Below the pieces are notes generated by a model. The model saw nothing but the letters and a program-made list of their open reading frames with translations, had not been told where the DNA came from and ran no database searches. The translations under genes were made by a program, and so were the position numbers. DNA of 64,000 nucleotides from the NCBI GenBank assembly GCA_040954595.2, contig CM082595.2:4986137-5050136 (forward strand). The letters are read 5' to 3'. Each line of letters opens with the position of its first letter. Within the stretch, counting starts at the first letter, position 1. This DNA comes from Balanoglossus misakiensis (lineage: Eukaryota > Animalia > Hemichordata). Shown in pieces: positions 49,033-60,050 of this stretch.

Positions 49033-52000
49033 CTAGCATTCGTCCAGATGCTTATGAACTTTTCTCAGTTTCTCCTTCTTGTTTTTATTGTGATGCTTCT
49101 TCCACGGTTTCTCGGCAACAGATGTTTGGCTGCTGCTCTGAGAGTCGCGATTCTGCTTTCCGTCACCAACGTGGCGTGCGAGATCGACTCTCCTGGAAAA
49201 CCCCACGATACCCTGGACCCCCTTGCTGCAGGCTTGGATGTTTTGACGGCTGAAAAACGATCTGTCCACATCGCCAGTCACACTCTCCTGTTTCCTCTGA
49301 AAAAAACACAACAAACATAAAATTACTGGCGTATTACCCCTTTCACAAACATGGTTTGGTCCAAATCCATTGTTTTCTATGGTAAAGTTGGACCGCTATA
49401 CAGGGAATTAGGGGTGACACGGTTGTAAATTCAGACTCACCCTGATTCCGTCTGCTGTGATGACAGTTGGGTTGTTGACTTTCCTTGGTGCGTTCTCCTG
49501 AGTCACAGAATCTGGTTCTTTTCCCTGGGGAATCACGTGTTCCTGGAAGGAGCCAGTATCCATTCCGGGTGGGGCGTGGCAGAAACGCAGTTTTCCCTGT
49601 GTGACCAGAAAGTGGTTTGAACACAGATGATACTCATGAGAAGAGAAGCAACAATCAAACACATACTCGTGAGAAACGAAACGGCAATCGAACACACAAG
49701 AAATGTAATGTGGCCAAGTGCGAGATTCTGACAAGACTGACCTTGACATAGTCTTTCAGGATGTACCTGGCTGACCTTGGGGCATCCGGTACGCCTCTCT
49801 GCGTCATGTACCCTCTTCCATCTGCAAGAAAATAATCACAAACGGAATTTTGACTTTGTACAAGACAAACACCCTTTAGTTCCTTCTTCCCCGCTACCAA
49901 ATTGCCATTTGGGCCGCCGCAAGGGAAAAGGGCCCTTATGCATGGATTTTTCGATTTTTATTTTTTGTCGTTTTTTGATAGTACCTGTGCTCCTCTTTTC
50001 AAATGTGTGCCGCTCACTATGAACTTACACCTGGAAATGGCATTTGTGGCCCATTGAATGTGACATATGACCTTTGACCTCAGCCCACAAATAAAATTCA
50101 CTGTTTTTGTCACCTATTCAAATGCAAATTACTAAAAATGACGTACACTTGCATAAGGGCCCTTTTCCCTTGCGGCGGCCCATTTAAGCCTGCAACTTAT
50201 AGTATAATTTTACTGATAAAATACTCCAGTCTTCACCTTAATGTTTACTGAATAAACAGGTGTGGCACCCACTTATTATTGAACTTGTTCATATCTAAAT
50301 ACACAGCCAAAGCCTGGCATTGATAACACATATGTGTGTACCCATCACTCAGCTAATTTAAATTGACCACTCTTAGTTTGAAAGTAAAATCATGAAAATA
50401 ACGTAAAAAAAAGTGGCAGCTCTTGGGACTTTAATGCAGATGAATTTTCAGACTTACACCCATACGCCATCAGAAGTTCATGTGCGGTTGGTGGTCTGTC
50501 GGGATCTTCCCCTTCCCGTGGTTTGATGATGTTGATGCTGTAGGTTGACTCCAGGACATTCCGTGGAATATACTGGCAGACGTATCACACAGTTAAGGAA
50601 CCACACGGAAATTAAACATTTTATTTCATTTGTCAAGTACTTCAGAAAATGGGTTCAACTCGTCTCATACTCTTTAAAGGGACAAAGTCTCTCTCTCGCT
50701 GCCCTTTTTCCATTAATTATGTTTGATACAAGACACCGTTTATGCTATTCTACATGTCCATATACAGTGAATGAACGTTCACCCACACACACCTTCCACC
50801 CCGCTTGTAGACACTAGAGTGATAAACTCGTCAAAATGAATAATCAGTCTCTACCGTTTATTCATTTTGGCAAGATTTTTACTCTCATATCCTACAAATG
50901 GGATGGAAGTTGTGTGTGGTGGAACGTTGATTCACTATACATCCACATGTAGAATAATATAAATGGTGTCTTGTATCAAACATAATTAACAGAAAAAAGG
51001 GCAGCGAGAGAGAGACTTTGTCCCTTTAATTGTTCTGGAGAGAAAATTGGCATATCACCAGACCCACAAATCAGCAGACACATCTTAAACACAAAGGATA
51101 TCAGAGACACCGGCGGTAAGTGGTCTCGCATCTGATCTATGGGCAGAATTCCGTTAATGACCATGGACGCCTTGGTCGACACCAGCGACGGCATGACGAG
51201 ACCTGGACAGTCGCACAGACAAAGTTTGGGCTCCACAAACAACGTCTGAAACAACAAGAACAAAAAATATTTGCTTGAATCTTAGACTCTCACTTCTCAT
51301 GAGTCTACAGTTAAGTCAAGCAACCTTGATTTTGTTAAAATTTCCTGAAACCAACAAAATGTGCTACAATTTCTTCTGCTTGCATCATGTCCAAAGATAT
51401 CACTGCATGGACAGTGGTACATAATAATTTTATCTGAAATTTTTATTGCTTAATTTGAAAATGAATGTCATCTTATTTTGTGACCACTTTCCGATTTGAC
51501 GAGTCAATTTTTCTTGTACGGTCATTTTCTAGCGCCGAAGAAAATCCAGAATGTTAGCCGTGTGACTGACGTAAAAAGACTGACCCACCTGGAAGTGTTT
51601 GGTTCTTCCTGGAGTTGCAGACACTGGCACTTTCTTGACCTGCAGCAGAGCGTTGATGGTGGAACTTTTACCCACGTTGGGATAACCGACCTAGGGGGTT
51701 AAAATTTACAGAATAAATCTCAAGAACAAGAGGATAACTACTGGTGACTTAAGGAGTCAAACCACAAAATGGGATCAGTAGTGTGACCAAGTTAGGGAGT
51801 CAAACACCTAAATACAGGATTACAATTAATGAAGAGAAAAAGTGACATTTTAGAATCAAAATCATTTTGACTCACCAATCCTATGGTTGTCATTTCTTCA
51901 TTGACTTTCTTTCCTTTATGAACCATCTTCATGACCTCCAACAGCTCCTCACCACCCAATAATTTCGGATCATTTACAACTTTCTCACTTTCACTGACGG

Positions 52001-54843
52001 TGACCACTGTCTTTAAATCCGCATCCTCCCTAGCGACCACACTGGCAGTTGCCCCGGCAACCCCCGTTTCATCCCTTTCGTGTGTGTCTGAGGCATCAGT
52101 GCCAGAGTCGTGGGCAGACTCCTGAAAATGGACTCTGCGATCTTTTTCTAACATTCCCTGTTCCAAATCTCTAGTCCTATCGCTCGGACTTTCAACCTGA
52201 CGCTCAGAAATACTGACATTAGAAAGTCCGACAGCACCATCTGATTCAGAAAAAGTCCTCTGTGTAATGTCAGGAGATGACTGACAATCTCTACCGTGGT
52301 TTCCATCATCTGGGTTGGTACGGTCTTCTTGGACAAACTTGCTGGTTTCTGCGTATTTTGATAAATTTGAAGTGTCATTATTTTTGTCGGAACTGCCAAC
52401 AACATCTTCCTTTCCTCCCGTTGCCCCCATTTCTGTTTCACTTCTCTTGATGCCATCCTCAACGATTTTGTTTTCGGCTTGCTTTTCACCAGTCACTTCT
52501 TCCTCTTCTCTTTCCTCATCGTCACCATCATCACCCTCCTCCACATCATCATCATCATCATTCTCCTCCTCCTCCTCCTCATCATCATCATCATCACTTC
52601 TGTCTTCTTCTTCTGCAATCACACCATCCTCCTGCCAAGAAGTCAAATTATTTCATGTTAACCCAAAATGTACAAAGAATGCATATGCCAGAATTGGTGA
52701 AGGATAAAAAGTTTACAGATATTACGTAGCCTTCCTCCAAAGCAAGCAAACATTGAAAGAAACCTAACCATATAGATTCTTAAATCTATATGTCCATTTG
52801 ATAAATTTTCACACATATTTGGACGAGGTGATTTATCCACAAAAGTACCTGAAGTTTGATTCTTTCTGTTTCCAAGGTAGCCGACCAAAACACAACCCTG
52901 ACACCAATGCCACCGAAATAATCAGCCCACGCTTCTCTTTGTTTTTCACTTAACAAGTCAGCTTTGTTGACTAAAATCATATTCTCTTTGTTTTTATCCA
53001 CTTCTTTCACGTAGAGCTCCTAGAAGAGAAAAAGTCAAAGCATATATGCATGGTGTGAGCAACTGAAAATGAATATCTCCCAGAATTGTGATAATGCATT
53101 GATTTTTTTACTGTACTAGCTATAATTAGCTGTAATACTTGGATTCTTTGTACAGTTTGGCCGGTGGCCATTGGTGGTACTGAATGCATTATTCTAATCT
53201 ATAACTCAAAATGAATGTGTACAAGTATATGGAGAAAATAAAATTCAGTTCCACAGGATGTGTTGTGAAATACAAGTTCAATTGAAATCTGCACAAAACA
53301 TGGCAAAATGTGTTGAAAAATTGAGGTAAGGTATTTTTATGAAAAAACCAACTCACCAAGTCTTGGCATCTGAACAAGAGAGGATTTCTGGCATCCACAA
53401 TCTGCACCACCACATCGCTTCTCTCGATCACCCTCCAAAGCTGCCTCCAGAAATCCAAGTTTCTCTCAAACGGTGTCAGCAGCAGGTGTTCTTTCTCTTG
53501 CAGACTAGACAAAGTTATTGAGACATTTAGACAGTCATATGGAAATGTTGTCATTTTACGCTTGATTGTAACAATGTCACTGCTCTTTGAATGAAACCTG
53601 CTTCTATATTATTGTGAGAGTACTTTATTAAGAACATACCTTGCTAACTGTCGTCTCCACTGCAGAAAACTGTCCCTCTCCATCTGCTGCAACCCCTCTG
53701 GTGTAGTGGCAGAATCCCATTTAGGTCTATTGGATAATAAAACATTTTGGGTGATTCCATGTGTTTATGGGAAGACCTAAACTTCAAGTAGGAAAGAAAT
53801 ATTAACAAATTGTAACAAGTCAAATCATGTCACCATGACACCTAAATGAGTATAAAAATGGTGGCAACTGTGACAGACGGTTGCCATACCAACCTTCTAG
53901 GTATTTTTATAAATTGCTTGTTTTCTTGATGGACTTGTTCAATAGCCAGAGATTCTGCTGCAGAGGGCAGGCCAGTGTGTTGGGATGGATCAATCACTCT
54001 CATGTTGAGTTTCTCTGAGGAGTAAAATCAAATCAAATTATTATTTGACAATTTAAATACCACTGACAATTTTTAACTTAGAAAGTCTTTTGGAATAATA
54101 TCAGTACAGAAATCAACCAAAATAATACTTATTTGATGCCAGTGAAATGTGATCACGTGCATGATGTCTCACCTGCTGTGAATTCAGTACCAGCAAGATC
54201 CGCAATTGCCAAGAATTCACTGAGATTGCTTTCCTCGGTGACAGACTGCAGATTAAGTCTTCCCCACTCGTATCCATCGTTCAGATCACTCGTGTGTAGC
54301 TGTAAATGTGAGTGAAATCCCAAATATATCACAAGTGCTAATTTCAATAGGCAACCATATGTGTGTGTCACATAATGTGGGTAAGTTGCTATTAGCTCGA
54401 CTTTTTGACGACTCTTGCAGTCAAACCCATCACACAAAGCAAAACATCGAGCTGCCTGCTATAAACGTGCGGCCGAGAATGAAGCTTTGGAGGACTCTAT
54501 TCTCTCTCACCGCCTCCATCATAAGCCATCTTGTCAGAAGTAGCTCTTTACATCACACATCTCGGATCTATTTAGCAACCACAACACCGAATGCTGGTTC
54601 AATTACTGTTCATGTATTGCGTCTTCACACGCTAAAAAGTCGACGTCATGATGACTAACACCAGTAAAAGTAAATGCATCATACCATCAAAACTATGTGA
54701 AGCACTCAGAACCCGGAAGTGTACAACAAGAATGAACCTACCCAGCTGTCCGACTTTTTGCCAGCTATCGTCTTCTTGTCTTGGAATCTGTCGTTGATGA
54801 TACTTCTCCCGAGTCCGCTAGACTTTTTCTTCCTCTTCACCAT
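49033..54843 (-). CDS. LSG1: Large subunit GTPase 1 homolog (60S maturation, circularly permuted GTPase)
   Basis: 13 exons: 54843-54742, 54299-54173, 54014-53894, 53726-53640, 53504-53357, 53019-52849, 52631-51876, 51690-51589, 51245-51102, 50581-50458, 49821-49742, 49596-49441, 49296-49033. Motifs TPFERNLDFWRQLWRVIERSD, DARNP, NKADL, GYPNVGKSS, TPGRTKHFQT, DCPGL and KPWKKHHNKNKKEKLR. Confidence 0.97.
49334..49425. mobile_element. ~90-bp piggyBac-type MITE copy
   Basis: cccctttcacaaacatggtttggtccaaatccattgttttctatgg...ggggtgacacgg in the last LSG1 intron. Confidence 0.6.
49911..50181. mobile_element. MITE with perfect 32-bp TIRs and 4-bp ATTT target duplication (Sola-like, tentative)
   Basis: attt|gggccgccgcaagggaaaagggcccttatgca ... 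tgcataagggcccttttcccttgcggcggccc|attt. Confidence 0.85.
50582..51101 (-). other. U12-type (minor spliceosome) AT-AC intron of LSG1
   Basis: 5' site ATATCCTTT at 51101-51093, branch point TTCCTTAAC at 50600-50592, AC terminus at 50583-50582; joins PPVSL to VCQYIPR in frame. Confidence 0.95.
50678..51025. mobile_element. Kolobok-like MITE with long TIRs and TTAA target duplication, inside the U12 intron
   Basis: ttaa|agggacaaagtctctctctcgctgccctttt ... aaaagggcagcgagagagagactttgtccct|ttaa; inverted similarity extends over 100 bp. Confidence 0.88.
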
Positions 54844-55246
54844 TTTCGATCTGTTGATAACTGCTTCTAGACTTCACAGGCCGATGTACTTCGTTTGCGA
54901 CGATCGACACGCACGTTGTGAAATCAACGTATGAGATTGTTCGGTATTTCTTTACTGAAGGCATCCCTAACTTCAACCAATTTAGTGGATGTTTTGGCGA
55001 CATTGTAGAATAAACACACAGCGTAGTTGTCCAAATCGAAGTCAAATGTGTGCGCGAGTATTGGGAGCACATAATTAATGTGAAATTTCTGTTATATAAA
55101 ACGAAAAAGAGATAAATTTTCCAGAATTATAGAACGAACAAAATGACAAGTTAGGGAGTACGGTGCACATGTGAACCTCAGGACGAGGTCACGGCACCAA
55201 CACATTCACGGCATCCAGAAATTACGTCTATCTACCGGACAGAAGA
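54844..55246. promoter_or_regulatory. Bidirectional promoter region between LSG1 and MRPL20
   Basis: Divergent start codons only ~400 bp apart. Confidence 0.65.
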
Positions 55247-56757
55247 ATGTTTTTCACTCGCCACTTGATGGCGAGGTGTCCACCGCCAGACAGATGGGCC
55301 AGGAAACAAAAAATATTCGAGCTTTCAAAGGTATATTGTTAACACAGTCACTGGTTTTCAGGGTGGACGCAGCCCCCCCCCCCCCCCTCCCCGGCAATAG
55401 ACATAGACAGGTGTATACCGGTAATTACAATACAATAATCTATTTTTCTTTCAGTATTTTGGTTATCGCAGGAAAAACTGTTACTCCCTTGCCGTCAGGT
55501 CGGTGCACAAAGCTCTGCAGTATTCGACGCTGGCAAATATTAAAAAGAAGAGGCTCATGAGATCTGTAAGTATGATATCAATTACACAAAGTACGATCAT
55601 TCTGATTGGAGGGGTTATTTCAGAAAGGTGTTCTGATTGGGTGGAAGAAAATTCAGTGAGTGACAGTGCTCAATTTAGGTGATAGGTGTGAATTGATGAT
55701 TCTTGGAGGTGAACATGTTGGCCGTTTTAACACTATGCAGCGATCACAACAATCAGTTTCATGGATTATTATCCTCTTTTTTCTCAGTTATGGATTTTGA
55801 GGATATCAGCCGCAACAAGAGAACACGGAATGAAATATCATCATTTCATACAGAATCTGGCAAAGGTGAGGATATTTTTTCAGAGAAACATTTTATGTTG
55901 TTTACATTGTTCTCTTTTACATTAAGCATGGAGGTACAAATACATAAAGGAAGGAAGTTTCTTTAGTTTAAGTTTACCTATGACATGCAGGGTTCCAAGA
56001 TGTTGATTAGAGTAGCCAACTACAGTGCACATGTACTTATGAAAAATAAGGTTTTAATTGGGAATGTAACAACAGTGTGATTGGCTGTTAATAGAGTGTG
56101 ACTAATTTCAATATGGCTGACCTTTGACCTTAACATGGCTGCATTTGTTTCAACGTTTTTATAGTGTAACATCCAGTTGGATCGGAAGGTCTTATCACAT
56201 CTAGCAATTTATGAACCCAAGTCATTTAAGGTAAGCGACTTATAATTGAATGTATCCATGGCGACCAAGATAATAACTGGCTGCCAGAGTCCAACAATTA
56301 CAATCGAGAGTGCATCTAACAGATACATTTGCATATCCACTTATCTGGGTATTCATTGGCCACCCAACAGATAACCATTTGCATATCACCATATCTGGGT
56401 ATTCATTGGCCACCCAACAGATAACCATTTGCATATCCTGACCATACTGGCACTTCATTGATCGGTGTCTGTAATTAATATTAAATGAAGAAAGCCAACA
56501 AAGTCCAGGCACACCGAAATTCAGAATAAGCTTAGTTGTTGCATTATGTTACCTTTGAAGTCAGAAAAAACTGGGCCGCAAAAATGGTCCAAGTGTCGTG
56601 AATGACTGACATGTTTTTCTGTGTGTGTTGTCATTCGTGGCAGAGTTTGGTTGAAGTCGCCAGAGCCAGACAGCAAGAGGGTCTCCTGGCCGCGCTGGCA
56701 CCCCAGAGGGCGGTAGAGGGAGTGTTTTCCAGAGTGACGGAAAAGTACGGAGCTTGA
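55247..56757 (+). CDS. MRPL20: Mitochondrial ribosomal protein bL20m, 150 aa (not in the ORF track because the exons are short)
   Basis: Exons 55247-55330, 55455-55565, 55788-55865, 56165-56230, 56644-56757, all phase 0. Translation: MFFTRHLMARCPPPDRWARKQKIFELSK-YFGYRRKNCYSLAVRSVHKALQYSTLANIKKKRLMRS-LWILRISAATREHGMKYHHFIQNLAK-CNIQLDRKVLSHLAIYEPKSFK-SLVEVARARQQEGLLAAL...EGVFSRV. Confidence 0.95.
56318..56438. repeat. 50-bp tandem repeat (~2.3 copies) carrying three ATTTGCAT octamers
   Basis: atttgcat at 56327, 56377 and 56427; MRPL20 intron 4. Confidence 0.9.
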
Positions 56758-59051
56758 AGAAAATCGTGGCCTCGACACAGAACTTCGATACCCAGCCTTC
56801 CAGTATTGCAATATCACCGTTGCCATTTTTACATTGTGAACAAGCTGTCAGATACCCTGTGTGTAAGAAAAATATAGATGAATCACAGGTCACTACCTAA
56901 CATGGCCTGGTAAGGGTTCTTGTAGTTGTAAAGGAGAAACGAGGCCCATTTTTGTTGATCTGTGTATCTGAGCAACTAGTTCACCATCCCAAGCATGTCA
57001 CATCACATGACAATATCCCAGCTGCTTTGGTTTTGTTTGTAGCGAGACGTTTGAGCTTTTACAGAGGTGGCCATTTTGTATTTTTTCCCCCAAGTTTCAT
57101 CTCAACATATTTAGTACCATCATTGTTGGAATGGGCATTGTCAGCTCGGAGATAAACTTTTTATGGTATCTTGATAAACATGATAATTCTGGTGCAACAC
57201 ATAATGACTGTAATAAATATGTGAGGTGTTTAATTTGTTTATAAACATTTTGTCTCAGAGTATGTTTATTAATGAGAACTTTATACAAAATTCAAACTTT
57301 CATTGTGTTATCTTGACAAGGGTAGTATGTATGGCGCCCTCTCTACGCTAGAACTGAAACGATGCTGTGTATAACAGGTACATGTACAATACCTAACACT
57401 GGTGGCAGCATATGTGATTGTCACTGGGTGTGCCTCGTGATAATCCTCGACGGTGGGGGCGCGAAGTTTGTACATCGCTATTTATGTATTTTCAGACACT
57501 TTCACTCCGTAGGGAGAAAGTCCTCCGTTCTGGGAAAGTGGAGAACACGGCCTTCTAAACTTTGTTCTGTAATACAAGGAGTTTTACTGTCACTGTGTTT
57601 CGTAATGCGCCTTGTGAAAAACATGTTTTCAGTTGGAAACGAGATGTTTGGCAAACTGATAATAATGCAAAGTGACACGAGATAACACCACAGCAGCATT
57701 TATTGACCATTTACTTTGTTTTTGATTGTAATGTTTTCTTTTTGCAAAATCTGCATACTTTACCACGCGATCCTTCGGATCGATCGTGGGGAAATATGAA
57801 ACTCCCAAGGGAACCGTTCCCATGACAACAAACGGCTGCATTCCAGTACTATAATTACATCATTTTAACAGGAATGTATAATCAAAACGTACAGGTTTTG
57901 GGTTTCATTTCGATATTGCACAATTTGAATCCACATTAGCATAATTCAAGTATTGAAATTGCCTGGGATGACATGGTTACTGTCTGTGGGTACATTCTCG
58001 CCTCTTCCGGTGCTATTTTCCGCACTTTTTGTCGGTTGCGTTTTTTCTCTCGCAAATTTGGAGCTGTTTGTTGCTCGACAGAAAGGGCGTCTATTCTGGG
58101 TTGACATACTAGGATCGCGTTGGCTGAAACCAGAAGCCCAGCCCCGAATTCTAAACTTAGCTCAGTACCAGAAACTTGCTCAAAGCAAGCAAAAAGAATT
58201 GCGATTATTACCGTCTTGGGTTGGTTCAAACCCATTGTTTTAGTATATGGTAAAAAATTGGGCATGTATAGAGGGAAACATGCATGAGTGAAATGATCAT
58301 GATTATATTCGGGAGTTTTCAACAAAATCACAACTTAATTATCCAATGAATCAGCTAAATGTTGGCGAAATCGATCTGATCTGTTGTAGTTTGATTAGCT
58401 CACCAACGCACCTGGACGGCGCGTCCACGACTTTATGTCCTTGTATCTAGAACTCTATCTAATTATCTGACACGTAATTAATTAATGAAATTAATTAGAT
58501 GACAACGTAAAATCGATGGTGAACATAACACCGATTGATGAAACAATCACACAGCCACTAATGCAACAACCAGGACTTGTGAAGTCCGGCTGTACCTAAA
58601 ACTTGAAGACTGGTTTTGAGAGAGAAACTGTGTATAGAGATAGCAAATCCACTCTTTCATTGTTTTCAGTACGTCGCTCGGGTTTAATAACTACTGTCAC
58701 CTAAGATCAACTTTGAGGGTTTTATTACTGAACGTACAAAAAGGCACATTTTTCGACATTGCAACTTCACAACATTTATATCGGGCGAGTTTTTCGTCGA
58801 TAGTGAGAAAGCGCATAATCACGCGCGTACATAACTAGTGAATAATTCAAAGAAGTAATTAATTATAATTACACTGTCGCCGCGCATTATGCCGTCGAGT
58901 TGTATGATAATTAACCATGCATGCAGCTCAGTTATTCTGTCTGTCAGCAGCGGAAGATCCTGGGGCTATGTCTTTTCACATTATTTTCATGGTTTGTCAC
59001 AAACTTAAGTTATGTTATGACAAAACTTTCAATTTTGACGAACGTAAATCC

Positions 59052-59219
59052 TTAAAATCAGATGTAGGGAAAGGCGACGTCTTTTACTTACGTGGTACGA
59101 ACGGTATTCTTATGCTGTCGCCTCGCACTTCTATGGGAGTTGGTCAGATGTGAGGTGACAGCATTAGAATACCGTACCGCATAAGTAAAATACGTCGCCT
59201 TCCCTACATCTGATTTTAA
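59052..59219. mobile_element. Hairpin MITE with TTAA ends
   Basis: ttaaaatcagatgtaggga..ggcgacgt.ttttactta... / ...taagtaaaa.acgtcgcc.tccctacatctgattttaa. Confidence 0.75.
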
Positions 59220-59732
59220 TTGATGCGGAGAAAACACTTGTCGCGAACAAAAATACGGACTCATAATGGTCGACGGCCGTGCCTTGTCACGTGACGGGAA
59301 CAAGCGATTTTTCTCCCATGGGACGAGAATAGCTTCGCACGGATTTTGCCAACCTGTCCGTACATGCTCAAATCATGACACCGTCCTCTTTTTACGTTTT
59401 ATTTTTTACCGTAATTGGTTTTTAAGTCGACGATTTGTCCGGTTATCCAATCTGTAATTTGTTCTTTTCATCCGCGCTCGTTCGTTTCTCGTTCCATCTA
59501 TTCATTCGTACATGTCGACACCCATCCCTTCCGCACCGCAAATTATAACTGTTCGATTCGTTCATCCAACCATCCATATATATCCCGACCATTAATTATC
59601 ACCAGTCTTTCCGGCCCCCATTCGTTCATCTAGCCACCTGTCCCCTATGAGAAATACTGGACCATTAACTATATGCGCTCGGCACGTCCTCAACATTGGT
59701 CATTTTTCATCATTGCGTTCGCGGTCACAAAC

Positions 59733-60050
59733 CTCTCTCTCTCTCTCTTTCTCTCTCTCCCTCTCTCACTCACTCTCGCTCTATCTCTCTCTCTCTCTCT
59801 CTCCCTCTCTCTCTATGTCCGTCTATCCGTCTCTCTCTTTTTCCGTCTCTCTTTCCCCACCCCCTCTCTCTTTCCCCACCCCCTCTCTCTTTCTCCGCCT
59901 CTATTTCTCTCTCCTTTCTAGCATGCTCCCTCTTGCCCACTCTCTACCCCCCCCTCGCTCTCCCCCCCCCACGCTGTCCCCCTCTCTACCTGGACCTTCT
60001 CTCACTCATCTCCCCCATTTCTCGTCACCTCTCCTTCCCTCTCCCCTCTC
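59733..60050. repeat. (CT)n / pyrimidine-rich low-complexity tract
   Basis: Directly visible. Confidence 0.95.

Noticed and set aside
55171-55966. snoRNA host gene or the listed ORFs
   Set aside because: The short exons splice into MRPL20; a tgatga near 55694 has no matching D box or stem.
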